Of a DNA stretch of 32,000 nucleotides, positions 1 to 7,010 are shown in pieces (within the stretch, counting starts at the first letter, position 1; each line of letters begins with the position of its first letter). The DNA is from Pirellula staleyi DSM 6068. Lineage in GTDB: Bacteria; Planctomycetota; Planctomycetia; Pirellulales; Pirellulaceae. The notes beneath the pieces were generated by a model. The model worked only from the letters and a program-made list of their open reading frames with translations, made no database searches and was not told where the DNA came from. The stretch covers positions 1,050,001-1,082,000 of the forward strand of contig CP001848.1 in NCBI GenBank assembly GCA_000025185.1, read 5' to 3'. Made by a program: the position numbers and the translations under genes.

Positions 1-315
1 TTGGTGATCGCCCGTTGTGGGTGTGAAGCCAGCCCACTAGCAATCAAGCAACTGTTAGTACCCAAAATCACTAGCACCAAGAGATCCGCAGCCAGTCAGG
101 TCAGCTAGCGCTTGCGCCCAAACATGCCTGCCTATCTGCTGACAAATTTCTATCAACTTTCTGACGAATTTCTTACAATCTACGGACGTTTTTGTCACTC
201 ATTTGGCAACAATCGCTGCCAAGTTCCTGACAATCTCTGCAAGAGTTCTTCACAAGCTGGGCATCGATCGAAAGTGGCCGAGGCGACTCGCGACCCGTAA
301 ATTCCGGTGTCGAAG

Positions 316-2553
316 TTACAACTCGAAGTGGAAGGTCTTCGCTAAAAAGCGGTAGAGACGTTTCCCGAGTGGTTGCCATCCTGTGTAAATTCTAGCCTGT
401 CCTTGCTGACCAACTTGAACATTTCCGAGTGAATTTCCGAGCGGAGCTGTCGCCTGGTACGACGTATGTAACGGTCGTGCCATTCCTAGCGCGTCGGTAT
501 AGGTATCGAGGCGTCCGCCCCCCTTGCTCGACGAACCGGCCGAAGCGACTTTCAGCTCGGTCGCGGCGATCTTTTCCACCTGGCTATCGAACGCTTCATA
601 GGTGTGCGATTCGAGCAGCACACTCACCTGCTGATCCTTCCGGACGAGGTCGATGTACGACTGATCGATCACCATCACCGCTTCGAGGTTGCTGGTGTCC
701 CCAATCACGCAGAGCAGATCGGTGGGGGTGAAGAGTGCGCCGACATTCCGCTCCGAGAGTGGGGTGCCGGTCCAAGTCTTCAGCCGACCTTCTTCACGAC
801 CTGCTTTGGCAGGTCGACTCGGGGCGGGAATCACAACCCCAGCCACCGGCGCGGTGATGGTCAGCCGCTTCGATTCCTCGAGCCGCTCGTTATATTGCCG
901 CTCGGCGGCTTGCAGCACTTGCTCGGCGGCTTCGATTTGGTCGACCGCCGTGCTATCGGTAAAGCGGAGTCGATAGAGCCCTTCGAGGGCGTTTTTGGCT
1001 TCATCGCGCTGCCCCTTGAGGCGGAGCAATTCGATTTCCATCTCGGGGTTATCAAGCCGCGCGAGAACGGTTCCCGCTTCCACTTTATCGCCCGGTTTCA
1101 CGAGCACTTCGAGCAGTGTGCCGGGGGTGCTCGCAAAGATCTGCACGAGCTCGCGAGGCTGCACTTCGCAGGCCGCTTTCACCGAGTACGGGAGCGGAAT
1201 GAACAGGAGCAGTCCCACCGCGCCAGCGACCGACGCAAGGGTGATGGCGACTCGTGTACGTTTCACTTTATTCATCCTCCCAGGGGCCCGGAAAAATTTC
1301 CACAGCTCCATGATGGGCTGAGCGACGAGCCCCACAAAACCCGACAGCGCGATGAGTTGTCCCACCGGCTTCAGACCAATCGGCTCGAAGACTTTGTTCA
1401 GAAAAAACAGAATCGAGAAGACCACCACCCAGCGATAGGCAACCGCCGCCACGGTGAACAGTGCAAAGGCCCAGCGATTCCCTTGCGGCAAGAAGGGGTT
1501 CTCGGGCTGCTCGATGCCGAGACACCAGTACAGCAGAAATCGCCGCGTAATCTCCGTCGCTTTTTGACGCAGGTTCGGGATTTCGAGCAAGTCCATCAGG
1601 ATGTAGTAGCCGTCGAAACGTAGCAGCGGATTGCCGTTGAACACGATCGTGCTGACCGAGCAGATGAACATCACGCTGAGCGCAATATGGTTGATCATCC
1701 CCGGTTCGCTGAACCACCAGACAAACGTGGCGACCGATGCTAAGAACAGCTCGACATACATCCCCGCTGCGCCGATGAACGCGCGGTGATATTTGTTGGG
1801 CAACATCCAGCTGTCGGAAACGTTGCAGTAGAGCGCCGGAGTGAAGACCAGCAGCATCGCGCCAAGTTCGTGGCATTCGCCGCCGTAGTGCTTGCACGAG
1901 AGTCCGTGCCCAAATTCGTGGAGCACCTTCACGCTCGCCATCGTGATCCCGAGCCAGATCCAGTTGCGTGGACCAAAGAACTCGTGAAACGCTGGCAGAC
2001 GTTGCGTAAAGACGTCGACGTTGACCATCACCAGCGAAAGCGCGGCGACCGCCAGCATCAACACGCCAATGATCGCGGCCGGTGTGAAGAACCAGCCGGT
2101 GAAGGGATAGAGCCAGTTGAAAAAGCGTTCGGGATCGACACCCCGAAAGCGCATCGAGAAGACATTCGAGAGCTTGCCGAGCATCTCGCGCCACTTCTTC
2201 TCGTCGCGACGTTTGCGGAGCTGATGCCCTTGGCCTGGAGCTTCGCTAATCACCAGCCCACTGCGGTGCAGCATGCCGACGAACTGTAGTAGGTCCTGAA
2301 ACGTGATCTTCTGCGGCTGATACTGCTGCTCGAATTGCTCTTTGATTTCGTCGAGGCTGTGATGGCCGTCGAGCATGCACAGAATCGCATACTCTTCTTC
2401 GTGAAATCGGAAGTAACTGAGGCCGACCGGTTCTTTGAGCACCCAGAACGTGGTGCCGTGATAGCGATGCCGACGGGCCGACAGGTCGGGCCGCATGCGC
2501 AGCTGCAGCGGACGCGAGGTGCTGCTTACCAGACTATCGGCGAGAGTGACCAT
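316..2553 (-). CDS. PqqD/RRE-like domain + site-2 protease (peptidase M50) + HlyD-type membrane-fusion domain fusion protein
   Basis: 745-aa ORF with ATG at 2553. N-terminal ~70 aa (YFRFHEEEYAILCMLDGHHSLDEIKEQFEQQY...LLQFVGMLHRSGLV) looks like a PqqD-type peptide-binding winged helix. Polytopic core carries HEFGH (HExxH) and NPLLRFDG (NxxPxxxxDG), the two S2P catalytic motifs. After three more hydrophobic helices, the C-terminal half has a split lipoyl-type motif (PGTLLEVLVKPGDKVEAGTVLARLD ... ITAPVAGVV) around a coiled-coil hairpin, typical of HlyD/MFP proteins. GC-rich third codon positions. Confidence 0.85.
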   Translation of the reverse strand: MVTLADSLVSSTSRPLQLRMRPDLSARRHRYHGTTFWVLKEPVGLSYFRFHEEEYAILCMLDGHHSLDEIKEQFEQQYQPQKITFQDLLQFVGMLHRSGLVISEAPGQGHQLRKRRDEKKWREMLGKLSNVFSMRFRGVDPERFFNWLYPFTGWFFTPAAIIGVLMLAVAALSLVMVNVDVFTQRLPAFHEFFGPRNWIWLGITMASVKVLHEFGHGLSCKHYGGECHELGAMLLVFTPALYCNVSDSWMLPNKYHRAFIGAAGMYVELFLASVATFVWWFSEPGMINHIALSVMFICSVSTIVFNGNPLLRFDGYYILMDLLEIPNLRQKATEITRRFLLYWCLGIEQPENPFLPQGNRWAFALFTVAAVAYRWVVVFSILFFLNKVFEPIGLKPVGQLIALSGFVGLVAQPIMELWKFFRAPGRMNKVKRTRVAITLASVAGAVGLLLFIPLPYSVKAACEVQPRELVQIFASTPGTLLEVLVKPGDKVEAGTVLARLDNPEMEIELLRLKGQRDEAKNALEGLYRLRFTDSTAVDQIEAAEQVLQAAERQYNERLEESKRLTITAPVAGVVIPAPSRPAKAGREEGRLKTWTGTPLSERNVGALFTPTDLLCVIGDTSNLEAVMVIDQSYIDLVRKDQQVSVLLESHTYEAFDSQVEKIAATELKVASAGSSSKGGGRLDTYTDALGMARPLHTSYQATAPLGNSLGNVQVGQQGQARIYTGWQPLGKRLYRFLAKTFHFEL

Positions 2554-2635
2554 AGAGACGTCGAGCGAGCGTTAGATGAGTCAAACAGAAGCGAACAGAC
2601 GAATCCGAAGCGACGGTGTAATTTGATGGGGGCAG

Positions 2636-4222
2636 TTATTTGATGGGGGCAGCGGGCGGCGGAGTAGTCGGTGCCGCTGGAGCTGTTGGTGCGGGAACAG
2701 CGTCGCGCTTCACACCTGGAATCTGGCCCGTAGCTGCAGGGGCAAATGCGCCGCTACCAATTCCTGGCGCACCGGCGGGGCTTTCAACCACCGGCTTGAG
2801 CGTGGTGGTCTCGGTGGTGGAAGGTGTGGCCGCGATTGGCTTGCCCGCTGGCTCACTCGGAGGGGTCGCCTGAGCCGAGGTTCCAGGGGCGGCCGGTTTC
2901 GCAGGAGCTGGGGCTGGCTTGCCGGGAGCCGTGACAGGCTTCCAGTTCGATGGAGCAGCTGGCGCACCACCAGCAGCATTGCCAGGAGCTGCGCTACTGG
3001 GGACTGCGCTGCTCGGAGCCGCCGAATTTGGCTTGGCTTCGGTCGTGGGGACTCCGTAGGTGCCGACGTATGTCTTATCGATACGCAGGTCGGCGCTCGC
3101 ACCGGGCTGAATCACATAGTGACCTTCGAGCAGACGATTCTCGACTTCAGCCCAGACACGGAACTGGCGGCTGCGTCCGGTCCCTTCGACAATCGGGCTC
3201 ACAAAGTCGATCACGCCGCGCACCACTTCCGTCTTACCGCGCGACAGATGTACGGTTACTTCCACGGGCTTACCAGCCACCTCCGATGGAGTGGCCTCGT
3301 CGGCGAGAACAAAACCTTCCACACGGACGCGATCGAGGCGTACGAGTCGCAAGATCGGTTCGCCAGGCTGAACCCACTCACCCACCTTCTTGAAAACTTC
3401 CACCACCACACCCTTTTGCGGTGCGGCGATGCGGCGGCGCTGGATTTCGTTATCAGCCGCTTCGACCTGCGTGCTTTTCACCACGGTGGTGAGCTGCGCG
3501 ACAACGCGATCGACCTCGGCCACTTTGATTTGTGCTAGTGCTCGGTCGAACTGGAAGCGCGAACGACGCATGTCGAGATCGCTCACCGCGTCGGGATTCT
3601 TGGCCCGAATCTGGATGTTCTGATCCATTTCGATCTTCGAAACTTCGGCCGCTTTTTGAGCCGCTTCGAGTTCAGCGGTACTCTCGGCTTGTGTCGTGGC
3701 GACGCTCAATTCCCCTTCGGCGATTTTTCGTTTAGCCAGGGCATCGCGATTGTCGAGTTCTCCCAGGATATCTCCCTCGAGCACCGACTCGCCCCCCTTC
3801 ACCACGAGCGACATCAGCGTGCCAGGCTCGCGAGCAGGAACACGAATGTCGTCAAACGCAGTCACCAGACCGTGCGGAACCACCACCACGCCGGGACCGG
3901 TGAAGTTCGGCTGTTTGGCCGGAATTTTGTTTGCCGTGCGCGGGGCGCTTGCTGCAGGTGCGCTCAGCGAAGGGGCCGTGGCTGCAGGGCTGGGTGGAAG
4001 CAGATTGGTCGGAGGAGTGCTCGCTGGCTTCGCAGCAGGCGTTTGCGGCGCAGCGCTCGGAACTGCAGTGCTTGGCACAGCAGCGCTCGGAGCAGTCGCC
4101 GCTGGTGCTACGGCAGCCGCAGGCGATTGGCCTTGCAGGTGAAGCGTTGTCATCAGCCCCAGTCCGATGCCGGCGATCGACAAGAGCGAGTTTCGCAGCG
4201 TGAGGTGTTGTGGTTTTTTCAA
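2636..4222 (-). CDS. HlyD-family periplasmic adaptor (membrane fusion protein) with Pro/Ala-rich N- and C-terminal extensions
   Basis: 528-aa ORF. TTG start at 4222 with GGAG 8 nt upstream. N-terminal anchor helix (LLSIAGIGLGLMTTL). ~90 aa P/A/S/T-rich spacer. MFP core (GTLMSLVVKGGESVLEGDILGELD ... long coiled coil ... IAAPQKGVVVEVF ... beta-barrel region). ~140 aa P/A/T-rich C-terminal tail. Lies 82 nt upstream of the M50-HlyD gene. Confidence 0.85.
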   Translation of the reverse strand: MKKPQHLTLRNSLLSIAGIGLGLMTTLHLQGQSPAAAVAPAATAPSAAVPSTAVPSAAPQTPAAKPASTPPTNLLPPSPAATAPSLSAPAASAPRTANKIPAKQPNFTGPGVVVVPHGLVTAFDDIRVPAREPGTLMSLVVKGGESVLEGDILGELDNRDALAKRKIAEGELSVATTQAESTAELEAAQKAAEVSKIEMDQNIQIRAKNPDAVSDLDMRRSRFQFDRALAQIKVAEVDRVVAQLTTVVKSTQVEAADNEIQRRRIAAPQKGVVVEVFKKVGEWVQPGEPILRLVRLDRVRVEGFVLADEATPSEVAGKPVEVTVHLSRGKTEVVRGVIDFVSPIVEGTGRSRQFRVWAEVENRLLEGHYVIQPGASADLRIDKTYVGTYGVPTTEAKPNSAAPSSAVPSSAAPGNAAGGAPAAPSNWKPVTAPGKPAPAPAKPAAPGTSAQATPPSEPAGKPIAATPSTTETTTLKPVVESPAGAPGIGSGAFAPAATGQIPGVKRDAVPAPTAPAAPTTPPPAAPIK

Positions 4223-4306
4223 GGGAACTACTCCGGCCCAAGGGCCCGAATGTGCGTGGTGATGTGGAGGGTGCTGATGTCGGCGCTGGGAGCCACGGCG
4301 AGCGAA

Positions 4307-6361
4307 CTAGAAGAACAGATTCGCTTCGGCCCATTCCCAAGCTTCGTGCAGCTTGGCCCAGCCGAGCGACGCCTTGCCGCAGTTCACATTAGCCGTGACC
4401 GTCGCGCCCGGATAAGGGGTGTTGAGTTCGGTATCGGTACTCACTTTGATGCGCACAATTTGGCCATGCTCTTCGTGCGTTTCAGCCACCGGATCGATCT
4501 GCGTCACCTTGCCGTAGTGATAGGTCCCGGGATCGGTCATCAGGATGTAGTCGACCGCCAGTTCCTGCGAAGGATCGTCTTTTTTGATCTGGTTGCGATA
4601 GCGAACGATGTGATCGATCCGCTTCTCGGGCATGTAGAGCTCGAGCTCGTAGTCGGTCCCTTCTTCGGCAATCGTCATCAGCAGCTGACCAACTTCAACA
4701 GGGCGATTCTGCAGAGATTTTTTCGTATCCCAGGTGATCACGCGGCCCCGTTTGGGGCTTACGACGGTGAGCTGTTTTTTGCGATCGAGCAGCAACTGCA
4801 AGCGCTCGTCGAGGCTTTCCACTTGCACTTGGACGCGCGACATCTGCGCTTGATCGCGGGCGCGTTCTTGTTCGGTAACCTGACGACCGGTGTTGGTCAC
4901 GCGGTCGCGCACGGCAGCGAGTTCTTCGCGCGCGGCGAGAAGCTGACCTTCGACCTCGGCAATCTGCAGCGGCAGCTCATCGCTCCGCATCTTCAGCAGC
5001 ACTTGCCCCTCTTCCACCAGCGTGCCGTTGTCGACCAGCACTTCGGTGACAACACCGCGCTGCGGCACAAAAATGTCGGCCTTCGAAATCGGCTGCAAAG
5101 TTCCCTTCGCACGCATGTCGAAATCGGTCTGAATGACCGCTAGTGCCAATAGCACCGCCAGCACAATGCCGGTGATGGTGAGTGTTTTGGGAAGCTGTCG
5201 CGCCTGCACCACCCAGCCTGCTTTGCCAAGCGTTTTCCAGACTGGCATCAGGAACAAACTGTTGTGATCGATGGCGTTGGTGAGGGCCCGCGACGAGTGT
5301 TCGTAGACCAGGTCGAGACGTGGCAGGAGGACTTCGCGCGGGATCTCGCTTTCGATCTGCTCGACGATGATTGCGCCGATCAGTTCCCCCTTCTTTTCCG
5401 ACTCACTGGGGGTGGTGGTTCCGGCGGCAGCATCGGCTGATTTCGGTTTGCGAATCGGAATCACCGCGAGCGATTTGGTGTACGACTGATCGACGTACTC
5501 CTCCACTGCGGTTTCGATTTGCGGCGGCATATCCTCAGTCGAACCGTAATACCACAGCGGCTCGCCAGTGGCGACGACGCGCGTGGCAAGTTTGCCCAGC
5601 AGCGTGACGACGTTCGAGCGGTTGTCGAGTGTGTCTTGACCACTCACCGCTTCGATGGTGCAGCTGCTTCCATGTTTGAGGGCGATGCTGACACGGTCGC
5701 AGCCGAGCAAGCGTCGACCTTCGTTGACGATGGTGTAGCAGGTTTCGCGAACGTCGAGACTTTCGTGCGCGGCGCGTGAAAAACTATCGGCCTGCGCCCA
5801 GAGGGAGTGTCGATCGGAGAACTGCTTGAGGCGGCGATTCTTGAACCACTCCGACGCCATCTCGCACATCTGCCGCAGGAACTGCAAATAGCCGCGCTGC
5901 GTGGCTGGTGGCGAATTGGGGCGCTGGAAAATTTCGATTAGCGCTTCCACCTGGTCGTCGTGTCCCAGGGGATGAATCACCAGCAGTTGACGGGTCGGAT
6001 TGCCACCCATCCGCTCGTCGCCCGCGCCGGAGAGCGGGGGGACCAGCTGCGGCTGATTGCTGGCGATGATGTAGTCGAGCAAGCGATAGTGCTTTTGCGC
6101 ATCGTCGCAGCCACTATCGAGCAAGTTCGGCGTGAGATTGATTTGATACGACAGCTCGGGCTTCTTCGCTTCACCAAGCACCCAAATCGCGCCACCCACA
6201 GCGGCGAGCGCTTGCACCACGCGCTGCAAGAATGCGGCGTGGAACTCTTCGGGGGTCATGTCGCTCTTGCAGATCTGCGCAACCTCGCCCACCAAGCCAC
6301 GAATCTGCTGCTTGGTTTTTTCGATGGTCTCGCTGCTGACCTGAGATTGTCCCGTTGCCAT
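4307..6361 (-). CDS. Tandem GAF-like sensor domains + TM helix + HlyD-type adaptor domain
   Basis: ORF is open to a TTG at 6469 (720 aa). The first ATG is at 6361 (MATGQSQVSS..., 684 aa) and is preferred. Two GAF-like blocks (AAVGGAIWVLGE...LLVIHPLGHDDQVEALIEIFQ and RRLLGCDRVSIALKHGSSCTIEAVSGQD...GELIGAIIVEQIES). One TM helix (LTITGIVLAVLLALAVI). Then an MFP core (RGVVTEVLVDNGTLVEEGQVLLKMRSD ... coiled coil ... VVSPKRGRVITWD ... beta-barrel). Lies 84 nt upstream of the next adaptor gene. Confidence 0.8.
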   Translation of the reverse strand: MATGQSQVSSETIEKTKQQIRGLVGEVAQICKSDMTPEEFHAAFLQRVVQALAAVGGAIWVLGEAKKPELSYQINLTPNLLDSGCDDAQKHYRLLDYIIASNQPQLVPPLSGAGDERMGGNPTRQLLVIHPLGHDDQVEALIEIFQRPNSPPATQRGYLQFLRQMCEMASEWFKNRRLKQFSDRHSLWAQADSFSRAAHESLDVRETCYTIVNEGRRLLGCDRVSIALKHGSSCTIEAVSGQDTLDNRSNVVTLLGKLATRVVATGEPLWYYGSTEDMPPQIETAVEEYVDQSYTKSLAVIPIRKPKSADAAAGTTTPSESEKKGELIGAIIVEQIESEIPREVLLPRLDLVYEHSSRALTNAIDHNSLFLMPVWKTLGKAGWVVQARQLPKTLTITGIVLAVLLALAVIQTDFDMRAKGTLQPISKADIFVPQRGVVTEVLVDNGTLVEEGQVLLKMRSDELPLQIAEVEGQLLAAREELAAVRDRVTNTGRQVTEQERARDQAQMSRVQVQVESLDERLQLLLDRKKQLTVVSPKRGRVITWDTKKSLQNRPVEVGQLLMTIAEEGTDYELELYMPEKRIDHIVRYRNQIKKDDPSQELAVDYILMTDPGTYHYGKVTQIDPVAETHEEHGQIVRIKVSTDTELNTPYPGATVTANVNCGKASLGWAKLHEAWEWAEANLFF

Positions 6362-7010
6362 AGTCGCTCGGCTCAGTCTGACGTTAGGGGGCTCACTAAG
6401 TAGTTTGGCAACACGCGCGTGGCCGGGGGGCTTTCGCGCTTGGCAATTTTTGCAAGCCACAAGCGGCAAACCAGCTGCAGCTTCTGGCTACGTAAAAATT
6501 GCAAACCAAACTCCAATCTTTCAGCAAATCGGTGCCGCGCTACTGGCGTAGCCAGCACGGTTTGCTTGCTTCTCGGCGCTATCCTTCACACGATTTCTCG
6601 TGCACTGTCATTCAGTTGTGCACTATCACTTGCCACTGTCATTCGCACGCTGTCACTCACCACAGACACGCTGCTGCGGGCCTGCCAGAACGTCGGTGAA
6701 GCGGCAAAGCTCCACGCAGAAAGTTCTAGGTTCACTCTAAATGCTGATGCTCTCGCTGCTGTACGTTTTGTTTCATTTCCCGAGCATTTCCGCTGGTTTT
6801 GACCTCCAGCCGTAATGCCTGTAACGTTTATCCGTTTGGCGTGCGACGATTTGTCTAACCTTCTGTCACGCCCATTTGATTTTCTTAACACGACCCGTTT
6901 TGGCAGACTTTTCGGCAAAGCCCTTTCACCCAACGCAAACCTCGTGCCCAGGAAGCTGACTCGCTCTAAAAACAACCATTTGCAAACGCCACTCGGTAGG
7001 CCACTCGGCA

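Noticed and set aside
112-300. 62-aa plus-strand ORF (MPAYLLTNFYQLSDEFLTIYGRFCHSFGNNRCQVPDNLC...) with three Cys, convergent on the adaptor operon. Considered as a possible precursor peptide.
   Set aside because: GC3 is only ~45% by hand count, against ~70% or more in real genes here. There is no ribosome-binding site. Its apparent repeats are explained by the DNA-level CTGACRAATTTCT motif. Kept only as a very weak candidate.
173-379. 68-aa minus-strand ORF with a Cys-rich tail (NSCRDCQELGSDCCQ), overlapping the 3' end of the M50-HlyD gene.
   Set aside because: It starts 64 nt inside the upstream gene in another frame, has AT-rich codon usage and has no recognisable motif.
3656-5143. 495-aa plus-strand ORF antisense to the adaptor genes. 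Similar long shadow ORFs lie at 604-1623, 1268-2194, 7038-7832 and 7863-9047.
   Set aside because: These are typical high-GC antisense or off-frame shadows. Their composition is Arg/Ala/His/Gly-rich with no motifs, while the opposite strand encodes clearly recognisable HlyD, M50 and SecA domains.
6441-6456. TGGCAA-TTTT-TGCAAG and the nearby TGGCTTGCAAAAATTGCC, which resemble a sigma54 -24/-12 element upstream of the operon.
   Set aside because: The GG-to-GC spacing is 2 nt too short on one strand and 2 nt too long on the other, and sigma54 spacing is strict. The shared 10-mer TTTGGCAACA (202 and 6404) is within chance expectation.
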